The notes under the pieces were generated by a model. It did no database searches. It saw only the letters and a program-made list of their open reading frames with translations, and was not told the origin of the DNA. From assembly GCA_000092065.1 (NCBI GenBank), contig CP000591.1: a stretch of DNA of 64,000 nucleotides; one strand, 5' to 3'. This DNA comes from Ostreococcus lucimarinus. Its lineage: Eukaryota. Made by a program: the position numbers and the translations under genes. Numbering within the stretch: the first letter of the stretch is position 1; each line of letters begins with the position of its first letter. Below are positions 19,647 to 29,751 of the stretch, piece after piece.

Positions 19647-21896
19647 TCAAACCATAACCATGTCGTCGGGCTTCACGACGCTTGAACGTTCCTTCTCGTC
19701 TTCCTGTGCTTGTGCCTTCCACATGGCGGCGTACATGCCAATCTTTGTGCCGCGACTCGTACCGTCGAGCAACTCGGCGTGCGTGCCTTCCTCGACAATT
19801 CTACCTTGTTCCATGACGATGATGCGATCGCAAGATCGAACGGTGGAAAGACGATGAGCGACGAAAACCGCAGTACGACCGCGAGCCACGTCTTCGAGAC
19901 TCTCTAAGATGCCTTGTTCGGTCGCGGTGTCCAACGCGCTCGTCGCTTCATCGGCGACTAGCATGCGCGGTTCGCGCAAAAACGCGCGCGCGATGGCCAC
20001 ACGTTGCTTTTCGCCACCGCTTAGCTTCACACCACGCTCTCCAACCATTGTTTCTCGCCCCTTGGGCATCTGTTCGATCGTCTTGTTCAAGCGCGCGCGC
20101 GTCGCCGCCATGGCCACCTCGTCGTCATTCGCCGTCGGTCTGCCGTAGCGAATGTTGTGGTCCAGCGTGTCGTTGAAGAGCACGGTATCTTGAGGGACCA
20201 CGGCGACGGAGTCACGAAGAGAATCGATCTTCAAGTCACGCACATCGTAGCCATCGATGGAAATTTTCCCGCTCGATACGTCGTACACGCGCAAAATGAG
20301 TCGGAGCAAGGTGCTCTTCCCAGAGCCGCTCGGGCCGACGATGCCGACGGATTCACCCGGCTTGAGTTTCAAAGAGACGCCTTTGAGAACGTCGCGACCG
20401 TTGCCGTATCGGAACGTCACGTTATCTAGCTCGAGATCTGCACCGCCCGCGTGCGCGGGCAAGGCGATTTCACCGTCGGGGATTTTCGTTTCCGTCGCCA
20501 TGATGTCGAACATTGCCTCCATGTCGACGAGCGACTGACGCAATTCTCGATAGAAGAAACCCAAAAACTGCAGAGGCGCCCAAAGCTGAAGTAAAAGTCC
20601 GTTTGCCATGACCAAGTCACCCACACGAGACGCCAATCCACCCGCAGGATCTACTTTCCACAGCCCCAACGCCGCGCACGATAAAATTGTCGTCATCCCA
20701 CATGCCAAAATAACCGCCTGCCCGGCGTTCAAAAGACTCGACGCTCGCTCGCTTCCGAGCGCAGCTTCGTGGTAGCCGCGCAGGAGTTTGTCGTACTGCT
20801 GACTTTCTAACTCTACGTTCCCGAAGAACGTCACCGTTTCGTAGTTCAACAGCGCGTCCACCGCCTTGCCGGTGGATAAACCGTCCATGTGATTGGCCAA
20901 CTTTCTCTTCTCCGCGCTCACGCCCGTCATGTGCATCGTCCACCACACGTACGCCACGAACGTGGTCAAGACGATGACGACAAAGTGCCAAGAAAACGCG
21001 TGCCAAAGCAACCCGCACACCAGCGCGAGCTCCATCGCGGTCGGTAAAAAGGTAAACACCACGGCGCGAAACACCATGCTCACCGACCGCGTGCCGCGAT
21101 CGATGATTCTCTGCAGCGCCCCCGTGCGTCGCTCGAGGTGAAAGCTCAAATCTAAGTTTAACACGTGATTAAACACCTCCAACGCCACCCTGCGTCCCGA
21201 AGCTTGCGCCACTGGGGTAAACATCACCGTCCTCAGCTCCGTGGCGACGCCGCTAATCGCCTTCAAGCACCCCGAAACCAACAACGCCGCCGCCGCCGCC
21301 TTGGCCGCTTCCGTCGCCACCATCCCCGTCGCCGCCGCCGCCGCCGTACAATGATCTACCGCAACCTTAAAAAGCACCGGCACCGCCAATCCAAAGCTCT
21401 TCTGAATCACTAAAAACGTCAAAGCCGCGCACAACCGCCAAGCCGTGCCCCTCCGCGACAGCGACACCGCGAAAAGATACGGCAGCACATCCCTCAGATC
21501 GCTCGTTCGCGGCGGCGGCGGGATCGGTCCGTCCAGACTCACGTCCCCGGCGCGAAAATACGCGTTTTCATCGCCGCTCTCGCGCGCGGGCATCGCCATC
21601 GCGGCCGCCGCGTTCGCCTTCGTCCGCGCGGATAAGCGTCCCGCGCCGCCGCGCCGTCCCGGTCCCACCGCGATCGCCCGCGTCGTCGTCCGCGCGCTCG
21701 CGCGCGACGAAACGCGCGCCCGCGCGCCGTCGGTCCCGTCCACGGCGCGCGTCGCGCGCGTCGTCGCGTCGGGCGCGCGCCGCGCGACGGCGAAACCGCG
21801 TCGACGTGGCAGCGGCGATTCCGTCGTCGCGTCGCGCGCGCGCGCGGACGCGCCGTCGGCGCGCGCGCGCGCGGCGACGCGCGCGGCGACCATCAT
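19647..21896 (-). CDS. ATM1: mitochondrial ABC half-transporter, ATM1/ABCB7 type
   Basis: An ABCB transmembrane domain is followed by a nucleotide-binding domain with Walker A GPSGSGKST, the ABC signature LSGGEKQR and Walker B MLVADE. There is an Arg/Ala-rich presequence. Start is either ATG 21896 (with presequence) or ATG 21599. Confidence 0.85.
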   Translation of the reverse strand: MMVAARVAARARADGASARARDATTESPLPRRRGFAVARRAPDATTRATRAVDGTDGARARVSSRASARTTTRAIAVGPGRRGGAGRLSARTKANAAAAMAMPARESGDENAYFRAGDVSLDGPIPPPPRTSDLRDVLPYLFAVSLSRRGTAWRLCAALTFLVIQKSFGLAVPVLFKVAVDHCTAAAAATGMVATEAAKAAAAALLVSGCLKAISGVATELRTVMFTPVAQASGRRVALEVFNHVLNLDLSFHLERRTGALQRIIDRGTRSVSMVFRAVVFTFLPTAMELALVCGLLWHAFSWHFVVIVLTTFVAYVWWTMHMTGVSAEKRKLANHMDGLSTGKAVDALLNYETVTFFGNVELESQQYDKLLRGYHEAALGSERASSLLNAGQAVILACGMTTILSCAALGLWKVDPAGGLASRVGDLVMANGLLLQLWAPLQFLGFFYRELRQSLVDMEAMFDIMATETKIPDGEIALPAHAGGADLELDNVTFRYGNGRDVLKGVSLKLKPGESVGIVGPSGSGKSTLLRLILRVYDVSSGKISIDGYDVRDLKIDSLRDSVAVVPQDTVLFNDTLDHNIRYGRPTANDDEVAMAATRARLNKTIEQMPKGRETMVGERGVKLSGGEKQRVAIARAFLREPRMLVADEATSALDTATEQGILESLEDVARGRTAVFVAHRLSTVRSCDRIIVMEQGRIVEEGTHAELLDGTSRGTKIGMYAAMWKAQAQEDEKERSSVVKPDDMVMV

Positions 21897-22184
21897 CGCG
21901 CGCGTTTCGGCCGTCGGCGACGACGCGCGCGGCGGTGTGAAGACGCGGCTTCGCGCGGCGTTTTCGCATTTCGACGCATTTCGACGCATTTCGCGCGACA
22001 TTTCAAGACGCCGACGCGTCGAACGCGCCGCTCGCCGCGCGTCGCGCTCGGACGGCGCGCTCTGTCGCGCGTCGCGCTCGGGCGCCGACGCCGAGGGCGC
22101 GCGCGCGCGCGCGCGCGGCGGACGAGAGGAAAAGCGCGAGCGCGAGACGCGCGGCGGTTTCGTGAATCGACGCGAAAATACGAA

Positions 22185-24104
22185 ATGACGACGCGCGTCG
22201 CGGTCATCGCGGCGCGGGTCGCGCGTCAGGGAGGCGTGACGCCTTCGTCGTCGATCAGGGCGTGCGCGAGCGGACGACAGGCGTGGGCGACGCGCGGAGG
22301 GCTGGGAATGAGCGGAGGGCAAACCTGGACGGCGAACGGCGCCGTCGCGTCGCCGGCGGCGCGACGACGGACGGGACGGCAGAACGCGACGACGACGCGC
22401 GCGCTGGGAGAGCGAGGGAAGGAAAGTCGCGGTGAAAGGATGGCGATGAAGTCGTCGAAGAGCGCGACGCACGTGTCGAACTTGAACGCGGCGGCGACGC
22501 AAGAGTTGAAGCATTGGTCAACGACGAACGAAGCCGAACGAGCGGAACGCGCCGCCACAAAGGTGTTTTGCAATCGAAGTCTGAACATGAAACGAATCAA
22601 CGCGATTGGATTCGACATGGACTACACGTTGGCCATGTACAAGCCGGAGACGTTCGAGATGATGTCGTATTCAGAGACTAAAAAAAAGCTGGTCGAGTCG
22701 TACAACTACCCGCGCGCGTTGCTCGAGTCGTTCGAGTTCGATCCGGATTACATGGTGCGCGGGTTGGTGGTGGATAAGAAGAGAGGGAACGTTTTAAAGA
22801 TGGATCGACACAACTATGTCAAGGTGGCGTATCACGGATTCACGGCTTTAGACACCGATGAACGGTTGGCGACGTATTGCGAGACGAGCAAGCGTCAAAG
22901 TTTTGACGGTCCCGAATTTAGCGCTTTAGACACATTATTTTCCATGGGCGAGGCCTACCTGTTCAGCCAGCTCGTGGAGGCGAAAGATTCGGGCAAGCAT
23001 GGCGAGTTTTTTGAGAGAAAGACATTCATGCAAATGTACGACGAGATACGAGCGGCGGTTGACTTGTGTCACAGAGACGGCTCGTTGAAGCACGCCGTGG
23101 CGGAAAATCCGAGCAAGTACATCACGAAGGACGCAGACTTGGTTCCTTTGCTAAAGGCTTTGCGAGCGAGCGGGAAACAAGTGTTTTTGCTTACGAACTC
23201 TCTGTGGGATTACACAAACGTCGTCATGAATTATCTCATCGACGACAACGTTGGCGACCAAAAAAAACTCGAATGGCTCAACTTGTTTGACGTCGTTGTG
23301 ACTGGCTCGGCGAAACCGGGCTTCTTCGCTAACGATTCGGCGACGATATTCGAAGTCGACACCGCGACTGGGCTTTTGCACAACACCGACAACGGCGCAC
23401 CATTGACTCCAATCGGCAGCGTGTCGGATTCGACGCACAAACGAGCGCTCGCGAGTGGGTTGCGCGCCACGGGCAAAGGTCCGGCGAGGGTGTACCAAGG
23501 CGGTTCGTACACGCACCTTCACGCCATGCTCGGCATTGAGATTGGCTCGAGATTGCTTTACGTCGGCGACCACATTTATGGCGATATTTTGCGAGCGAAG
23601 AAAGAGATTGATTGGCGCACGATGCTCGTCGTCCCCGAACTCGCGCACGAAATCGACTGCCTGGAACGCATGAAGGAAAAACCGCACGCGCTCAGGCGTT
23701 TGCGCACGCTGCGCGATTCTTTGGACGATCAAGTCGCGCGTCACGCCTGGCTCGCGGCGAACGCCGCCGACCCGAAAGCAAACGAAGAGGAGTTAGAACG
23801 CGCGAGACAACTGTCGGCGACGGCGCGCACCGCGCATCGCGAGGGTATGCGCGAGTATCACAAGTCGTTTCACTATGTCTGGGGTCAACTCATGAAGGCT
23901 GGGTCGCAGAACTCTCGTTTCGCGTTTCAAGTTGAGCGGTACGCGTGCCTGTACACGTCGCACGTGAGGAATCTGTGGGGCTACTCGCCCGAGAAGGTTT
24001 TCCGCGCCCCCGCTGACTTTTCGCCGCACGACTTGGACACGGACTACGACTTTCACGACTTTGACGCCGCGGTTTTGGACGACCCATCGTCCATGACTTC
24101 TTAA
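22185..24104 (+). CDS. NT5C2: cytosolic purine 5'-nucleotidase, NT5C2-like (HAD-IG family)
   Basis: Contains VFCNRSLNMKRINAIGFDMDYTL (the HAD motif I, DMDYT) and is collinear with NT5C2 through LYVGDHIYGDILRAKKEIDWRT. The N-terminal roughly 130 aa look like a targeting extension. Confidence 0.85.
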   Translation: MTTRVAVIAARVARQGGVTPSSSIRACASGRQAWATRGGLGMSGGQTWTANGAVASPAARRRTGRQNATTTRALGERGKESRGERMAMKSSKSATHVSNLNAAATQELKHWSTTNEAERAERAATKVFCNRSLNMKRINAIGFDMDYTLAMYKPETFEMMSYSETKKKLVESYNYPRALLESFEFDPDYMVRGLVVDKKRGNVLKMDRHNYVKVAYHGFTALDTDERLATYCETSKRQSFDGPEFSALDTLFSMGEAYLFSQLVEAKDSGKHGEFFERKTFMQMYDEIRAAVDLCHRDGSLKHAVAENPSKYITKDADLVPLLKALRASGKQVFLLTNSLWDYTNVVMNYLIDDNVGDQKKLEWLNLFDVVVTGSAKPGFFANDSATIFEVDTATGLLHNTDNGAPLTPIGSVSDSTHKRALASGLRATGKGPARVYQGGSYTHLHAMLGIEIGSRLLYVGDHIYGDILRAKKEIDWRTMLVVPELAHEIDCLERMKEKPHALRRLRTLRDSLDDQVARHAWLAANAADPKANEEELERARQLSATARTAHREGMREYHKSFHYVWGQLMKAGSQNSRFAFQVERYACLYTSHVRNLWGYSPEKVFRAPADFSPHDLDTDYDFHDFDAAVLDDPSSMTS

Positions 24105-24168
24105 ATTCGTTCGTTCGGCGCGAAATTGTTGTTGTATTACGTACATATTAATATCACATCGTTCGAGT

Positions 24169-25185
24169 TCATCGACGAATCTTCACCTTGAGCACGCGAT
24201 CGTCGCCCTCGTCGTCGTCGTCGACGTCCACCGCGATCGCGCGCGCGAGATACCCATCCATGTGTTCGATCAACTCGACGCCGACTTTACACGCGAGCTT
24301 GCGCATTGCCTGCGCCGTGCCTCGATCAAGACTCTCCCCTCCCGCGCCAAACTCGGCACAAATCGTCCCTTCACGATCGACACCGACGCTCATCGTCGCC
24401 TCCGAACACGCCGTCTCCTCCTCCGTCGCGTCCACGACGCCGTGTCTTCCAATCTTCGTCGTCGTCACCACCACGCCGCACCTCGACACGTCCACGCGCG
24501 AGCACGCCTCGGGATCGTCATCAATCTCCAACTCCCCGCCCGCACCATCCTCACCCACGCCCGCGACCGTGACTTTCGGAATCTTCGTATCCGCCAACGC
24601 CGCTCGCACGCCCACGCTCAGCGCATCCAACATCGACCCTCGATCGCACGCGCACGCGCAGTCCACCGTCAGCGTCCACCGCGCTCGCCCCGGTTTCACG
24701 CACAACGATTTCAAATCGATCCCGAACTGCTCTCGCTTCCCCATCCCTCGCGCGATCGCCCCATCTTCATCTCCCGCTTCCTCTCCCTCGCGTCTCCGCA
24801 CCGCTTCGCGTCCGATGAGCACGGATTCCAACGCTCGCGCGTACGTCGCCCCCAGGTTTTCCGCCGCCTCCTCCCGCGCGCGTTCGTTCCCTCCCTCCCG
24901 CGTCTTCACCGTCGCGCTCGCGTCCACGCGCACGACCACGCGTCCGCAATCCTGATCATCGTCGCTCTCTCGCACCGCCGTCACGTCCGCGCGCACCGCG
25001 ACGACGCACCGCGTCGCGTTCGCGCCGTCCCCCAGCGCCACCGCCGCGCTTCCGCTCGCGCTCGGCACCGCGCGCAGCGTCACGGCGCACGCGCGGTGGT
25101 CGTCCAGCGCGCGTCCGTCGTTTCGCGCGCGCGCCGCGACGCCCGCGACGACGTACGCGCGCTCGGCGCGCGACACCGTCGCCAT
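24169..25185 (-). CDS. RNase PH-like exosome subunit (RRP43/RRP42 class)
   Basis: Has an RNase PH domain 1 core, RNDGRALDDHRACAVTLRAVPSASGSA..GDGAN, and a second RNase-PH-like half. No catalytic phosphate-binding residues are apparent, as in inactive eukaryotic exosome ring subunits. ATG at 25185. Confidence 0.6.
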   Translation of the reverse strand: MATVSRAERAYVVAGVAARARNDGRALDDHRACAVTLRAVPSASGSAAVALGDGANATRCVVAVRADVTAVRESDDDQDCGRVVVRVDASATVKTREGGNERAREEAAENLGATYARALESVLIGREAVRRREGEEAGDEDGAIARGMGKREQFGIDLKSLCVKPGRARWTLTVDCACACDRGSMLDALSVGVRAALADTKIPKVTVAGVGEDGAGGELEIDDDPEACSRVDVSRCGVVVTTTKIGRHGVVDATEEETACSEATMSVGVDREGTICAEFGAGGESLDRGTAQAMRKLACKVGVELIEHMDGYLARAIAVDVDDDDEGDDRVLKVKIRR

Positions 25186-25364
25186 TCGTCGCGTCGCGCG
25201 ATGGCGTCGAATCCGATCGCGACGACGAATCTGCACTCGGTGACGCGTCGCGACGCGCGCGAACGCCCGCGCGACGCGACGCGGGACGCGAAAAGCGCGC
25301 GCGCGGTCGACGCCGTCGAGGCGCGCGCGCGCGACGAAAGGCGCGACGAGAGGCGCCGATCGAC

Positions 25365-25538
25365 ATGATGCTGCAGCGACCGCCGAATCGCGACCGAACG
25401 CGCGAATTCGCCGCCGTCGCGGACCGCGTGCGGAAGACGATGGGCGCGAGCGCGAGCGCGGACGATCGGACGTCGACCGTGGGCGCGGAGGGGGCGAAGA
25501 CGGCGGCGGGGGGAGGGAACGCGAGCGATTTCGCCAAG
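25365..25538 (+). CDS. STX5: syntaxin 5 (Sed5), exon 1
   Basis: MMLQRPPNRDRTREFAAV carries the Sly1-binding DRTxEF motif typical of Syx5/Sed5. The exon ends at ..SDFAK before a GTGCGC donor at 25539. Confidence 0.75.
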
Positions 25539-25669
25539 GTGCGCTCGATCGTTTATTCGAGCGCGAACGCGCGACGAAGGACGACGCGGCGACGACGCGC
25601 GCGGACGAGCGTTTCGAGGACGCGCGACTGACGACGAACGCGTGAACGATGGGTCGCGACGCGAATCAG

Positions 25670-26515
25670 ATGGCGTCGGCGATCGGGCACGGAATTCATC
25701 GAACGTCGCTGAAGCTCGAACGGCTCAATCAGCTCGCGAAGTCGTCGTCGCTGTACGACGATAAATCGAGAGAGATAGCGGAGACGAGCGCGGTGATCAA
25801 GCTGGACATTCAAGCGCTGAATGAATCCATAGTTGAACTGCAGGGCGCGGCGGCGAGGACGCGAGAGCGAGGGGAGGCGAATAAGTCGGCGAGCGATCAC
25901 AGCGTCACGGTGGTGGATACGTTGAAGAATCGACTGGCGACGGCGACGAAGACGTTTAAGGAGACATTGACGACGAGACAGGCGAACATCAAGGCTGGAG
26001 AAGAACGAAGGGCGATGTTTGGCGCGAGCGCGGGACCGAGCGCGTTCGATGGTGGGTTGGACTACCTCGGCGACGACGCGTTTTCGCGCGCCATGCGAGA
26101 AGGCGCGAGCGGATTCGGCAACTTGCAGGGGAACGCGAACGCGTTCGTGCCGCGCCCGAGCGCGCCGGGCGCAGGCGTTTCTGGGGCGCCGATGATGCAA
26201 ACGCAAGGTCAAATGCAGCTTTACAATCAAAACACCGCCTACGCCGATTCGCGGCAGGAGGCTTTGCAAAACGTCGAGCGCACCATCACCGAGCTCGGCG
26301 GCATTTTCCAGCAGCTCGCCACCATGGTGAGCGAACAGGGCGAACTCGCCATTCGCATCGACGAAAACGTCGACGACACCCTGGCCAACGTCGACAGCGC
26401 GCAAACGCAGCTGTTAAAGTATTTGAACACGGTGAGCAGCAACCGGTGGCTGATTCTAAAAATCTTCGCCGTGTTGATCTCCTTCTTTAGCTTCTTCATA
26501 GTCTTCATCGCGTGA
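25670..26515 (+). CDS. STX5: syntaxin 5, exon 2 (Habc region, SNARE motif and TM anchor), after a 131-bp intron (25539..25669)
   Basis: The splice joins SDFAK|MASAIGHGIHRTSLKLERL, matching human SEFTLMAKRIGKDLSNTFAKLEKL. The C-terminus has a Qa-SNARE (IFQQLATMVSEQGELAIRIDENV) and a tail anchor (NRWLILKIFAVLISFF). ACTGACG lies 38 nt before the acceptor. Confidence 0.8.
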   Translation: MASAIGHGIHRTSLKLERLNQLAKSSSLYDDKSREIAETSAVIKLDIQALNESIVELQGAAARTRERGEANKSASDHSVTVVDTLKNRLATATKTFKETLTTRQANIKAGEERRAMFGASAGPSAFDGGLDYLGDDAFSRAMREGASGFGNLQGNANAFVPRPSAPGAGVSGAPMMQTQGQMQLYNQNTAYADSRQEALQNVERTITELGGIFQQLATMVSEQGELAIRIDENVDDTLANVDSAQTQLLKYLNTVSSNRWLILKIFAVLISFFSFFIVFIA

Positions 26516-26589
26516 GCGAAACGAAACATTGTCATAATTCATTCCCCGCCTCCGCAAGCGTTGTCCGCGCGTCGTTCGCCGTCGTATCG

Positions 26590-27654
26590 ATGTCCGATTT
26601 CTCGGCGCGGTCGCCGCCGCACATCATGAAGCGCGGTTCCGATGCCGACGACCCGCGCGCGCCCGCGCTCACCTCCGTATCGCGCGCGGTGAGCGGTGAA
26701 ACCTTTCGTATACTCACTCGCGCGTCGACGTCCGCGATCGACGTCTCCGCGCGCGACGCGAGCGGGAAAACCTTTGTCGGAAGATTGGATTTGCAACGCG
26801 CGCCGTTTGAACGTTTCGGTGAATTCGCGCGCGCAGCGCTCGGCGATCCGCGACGCGAACGCGTCGAACGCGCGTTCACGTTCACGTTCGAGCGCGCGGA
26901 GGAGAACGGGGACGAGTACGAGCTCGTGTGGCGGTTTAGGGAGGCGGAGGCGGAGGCGACGCTGGACGACGGTGCCGAGTTTGCGACGACGCGAGCGAAG
27001 ACGGCGAACGACGGGAAGAATTACGGCGCCGTTCGCACGGGTGTGTGCGGTATGAGGCGCGTGGAGAGCGACGACGCGTTTTGTGATGGAGGATTCGCGT
27101 ACGAGGCGTTGGGGGAGGCGTTGGAGATGGAGGCGCGACGACGCTTCAACGCCGAGCGAGACGGGAAGAGGGCGATCGAGGCGCGCGAAAGGGCGAATGA
27201 GAACTGCGAAACGGCGCTGCGAGAGATGGATGCGTTGAAGGAGCGATTAGCGCAAAACTTTCTATCGCTTTTAAACGAGAAAAAGAAGGGCATGAGGAAA
27301 ATGGCCGAAGAGTTGGAAGCCGCGAGGGCGGAGAACGACGAGTTGAAGGCTGACCTGGCGAGCGCGAGACTGGAACACTCGAAGCCCGACGTCGACGGTT
27401 TCGTGGCGGTCAAAGGCGAGCGAAGCGTCGATGCAGACGTCGACGAGGACCGCGACGAGAGCGAGGACGAATACAACACGGATGATGAAACGGAACGAAC
27501 GCGAAGGCGCGGTCGCAAACGCGACGCGTCGCAACCGTCGCAGCGAAAATCGCAGCCATCGCAGTCGCAACCGTCGCAAAAACGCGCCCGAAATGCGACG
27601 GCGAAAAAGAAATCCTTTTTAGCCGACACCTTAGCCCTGCTCGACGCCGATTAA
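26590..27654 (+). CDS. XRCC4: XRCC4 homolog (non-homologous end-joining scaffold)
   Basis: A head domain is followed by a coiled-coil stalk with FLSLLNEKKKGMRKMAEEL (human KRFILVLNEKKTKIRSL) and an acidic/basic Ser-rich tail. ATG at 26590; an alternative ATG is at 26626. Confidence 0.65.
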   Translation: MSDFSARSPPHIMKRGSDADDPRAPALTSVSRAVSGETFRILTRASTSAIDVSARDASGKTFVGRLDLQRAPFERFGEFARAALGDPRRERVERAFTFTFERAEENGDEYELVWRFREAEAEATLDDGAEFATTRAKTANDGKNYGAVRTGVCGMRRVESDDAFCDGGFAYEALGEALEMEARRRFNAERDGKRAIEARERANENCETALREMDALKERLAQNFLSLLNEKKKGMRKMAEELEAARAENDELKADLASARLEHSKPDVDGFVAVKGERSVDADVDEDRDESEDEYNTDDETERTRRRGRKRDASQPSQRKSQPSQSQPSQKRARNATAKKKSFLADTLALLDAD

Positions 27655-27697
27655 CGACGACGACGTCGATCGAAACAAACATTTAGTATTCATTCGA

Positions 27698-28168
27698 TTA
27701 CAACAAACCGTGCTCCGCCATGTACTTGGCCGCCGTGCCGTTATCGTCCTCCACCAACTGCCCGTTCTTCCAGCACCCCGTCGCCTCACCGATCTTCTTA
27801 TGCTTCGCGTACTCCGCCTCGACCTCGGCCTTCGTCCCTTTCCACCCTTTCGGATACCTCGACAGCGACTGCGTCCCCATCAACCGCGCCGCCTTCACCC
27901 TCAGGTTCAGCGTGTCCCAATCCGGCAGCAAATTCTCCCTGATCGTCCCCCACTCCTGTATCCCGTACGTCTCGATCCCCTCGTACAGTTTCGCGCGCTC
28001 CTCGTCCCCCCACTTCTTCGCGCGCGTCTCGAACACCACGCGCTTCGGTTTAAAAAATTGTTGGTCTATCGATCCATCGTCGTTCAGCGCGTCCCGTCGC
28101 GTGACGCACAGCCGCATCGCGTTCGCCCACGCGACGCGATCGTTCGCTTCGTCGCTCACCGCCGTCAT
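27698..28168 (-). CDS. small Myb/SANT-like domain protein
   Basis: The central WGDEERAKLYEGIETYGIQEWGTIRENLLPDWD stretch is a single Myb/SANT repeat. 156 aa. Confidence 0.45.
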   Translation of the reverse strand: MTAVSDEANDRVAWANAMRLCVTRRDALNDDGSIDQQFFKPKRVVFETRAKKWGDEERAKLYEGIETYGIQEWGTIRENLLPDWDTLNLRVKAARLMGTQSLSRYPKGWKGTKAEVEAEYAKHKKIGEATGCWKNGQLVEDDNGTAAKYMAEHGLL

Positions 28169-28329
28169 CGCGAGTCCGTCGCGTCCGTCGTTCGCCGTCG
28201 TCGCGCGCGCGCGTGTGCGGATTTCAAATCACATCGCGTCGACGCGGCGACCGACCGACCGCACGCTCGCACTGTTTGCGCATACGCGCGTCGCGCGCAG
28301 ACCTCGCCGCGCGCGTCGACGCGACCGCG

Positions 28330-28447
28330 CGACGCGACCGAACGACGCGAGCGAACGAGCGACCGCGCGACCGCGCGAACGAGCGAACGACGCGAGCGAA
28401 CGACGCGAGCGAACGACGCGACGAAACGACGCGACGAAACGACGCCG
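28330..28447. repeat. tandem array of about 13-nt units (GCGAACGACGCGA / CGAAACGACGCGA, 8-9 copies) immediately 5' of the ATG at 28450
   Basis: Read directly: gcgaacgacgcga gcgaacgacgcga gcgaacgacgcga cgaaacgacgcga cgaaacgacgcc ATG. Lies in the divergent promoter/5'UTR between the 27698-28168(-) and 28450(+) genes. Confidence 0.8.
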
Positions 28448-28449
28448 CC

Positions 28450-28875
28450 ATGAGCAAAAAGAATAACCGAACGACGGCGGCGAATCGCGTCGAACACGCG
28501 AAGCGCGTCGAGCGCGAGGCGCTGGTGAAGAAAGAGGCGCGACGGGTGCGAAAGATGGCGGCGATGGCGCTGGCGTCGGACGCGATGGCGGTGGACGGCG
28601 CGGGAGGGAAGGGAGGGACGGCGGGGAGGGCGAGGCTGGAGGCGAAAAACGTGCGCAAGGCGCAGAGCCTGCGCCTCGCGGGAGGGGTGCGAAAGGTGCG
28701 AGCGGGGAAGAACACGCACAAGGTGGTTCGAGGCGTGCCGGTCGGGAAGGCGAAATTGCGAAAGAATGCGGTGGTGATGGGGATTAAGATTGTGGACGCG
28801 GCGACGAAGCAGGCGGCGCTCGACGCCATAGCGGAGGCGCGCGGCGACGGCGGCGCGACGGCGATGCGAAGGTGA
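28450..28875 (+). CDS. small basic Lys/Arg/Ala-rich protein (141 aa), possibly nucleolar or ribosome-associated; no family recognised
   Basis: The ATG sits in a GCCGCCATGA context directly after a tandem-repeat array. The frame has high third-position GC. The upstream part of the track ORF (28213..) is repeat-derived. Confidence 0.4.
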   Translation: MSKKNNRTTAANRVEHAKRVEREALVKKEARRVRKMAAMALASDAMAVDGAGGKGGTAGRARLEAKNVRKAQSLRLAGGVRKVRAGKNTHKVVRGVPVGKAKLRKNAVVMGIKIVDAATKQAALDAIAEARGDGGATAMRR

Positions 28876-28977
28876 CCTGGCGTCGCGTCGTTTTTGATTC
28901 TAAGATTTGAGTGTACTATTGAGAGCTACCGCTACTGTCTATCGCTACGATTGCGCGCGCGGCGCGCGAGCGACGCG

Positions 28978-29658
28978 TCACGCGTCTCTGTCGCACCGCA
29001 AGACGAACAACGCCTCCTCGTCCGCGTTACACGAGCTCACGAGCGAACATCGCAGACCGTCGCGACGCATGATCTCCATCACCTCCTCGGGCTCGTTCTG
29101 CGCTAATAAAATGCACAAAAACATCCCTCTCGGCGCCAACGCGCTTCGCACGCTCGGCAACAGTCGGTCGAGCACCTCGCGCCCTCGCGCGCCGCCCGCC
29201 CACGAGGCCTCGATGCCGCGCCCGCCCACTTCTTCGCTCGGCGTGACGACGTATGGTGGATTGAATACGAGCACATCGCACCCACCGGCGTCGGCGAGCG
29301 CGTCGGCGTGCGGTTCGAGCAAGTCGCCGAGCGCCGTCGCGCACTCCGTCCCGCTCACCCCGTGCGCCTCGCACGTCGCTCGACACGCCGCGACGGCGTC
29401 GGGATTGATGTCAGACGCGCGCGTGCGCGTGACGTCGCCGCATCCGTGCGCGCGCGCGAGCAGGGCGTTGGAACACGCGATGTAACCGCTTCCAGTACCG
29501 AGCTCTATGCAGAGTTTGGGACGCGAGCGCGCGAGCTCGTCGTCCCAGAGCGCGGCGAGGGCGTCGACGAGGAGGAAGGAGTCTTCCGCGGGAGGGTACA
29601 CGCTTTCGTGCGTCGCGATCTTCGCCATGGAGGCGAGATTCGACGGTGACGGCGCCAT
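28978..29658 (-). CDS. N6AMT1: eRF1 glutamine-N5 methyltransferase N6AMT1/Mtq2 (HemK2 class)
   Basis: Collinear with human N6AMT1: SVYPPAEDSFLLVDAL ... CIELGTGSGYI ... DINPDAVAAC ... DVLVFNPPYVVTPSEEVGGRGIEASWAGG..GREVLDRLLP. Confidence 0.9.
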   Translation of the reverse strand: MAPSPSNLASMAKIATHESVYPPAEDSFLLVDALAALWDDELARSRPKLCIELGTGSGYIACSNALLARAHGCGDVTRTRASDINPDAVAACRATCEAHGVSGTECATALGDLLEPHADALADAGGCDVLVFNPPYVVTPSEEVGGRGIEASWAGGARGREVLDRLLPSVRSALAPRGMFLCILLAQNEPEEVMEIMRRDGLRCSLVSSCNADEEALFVLRCDRDA

Positions 29659-29751
29659 GGCCGAGGCGGCGTGTGAAGAAGGACTTTGCGGTGTCGTTTT
29701 TGTTCTCTCGCTTTGGCGAATGCTGGCGGTGGCTGCATTCCTAACGCTACA

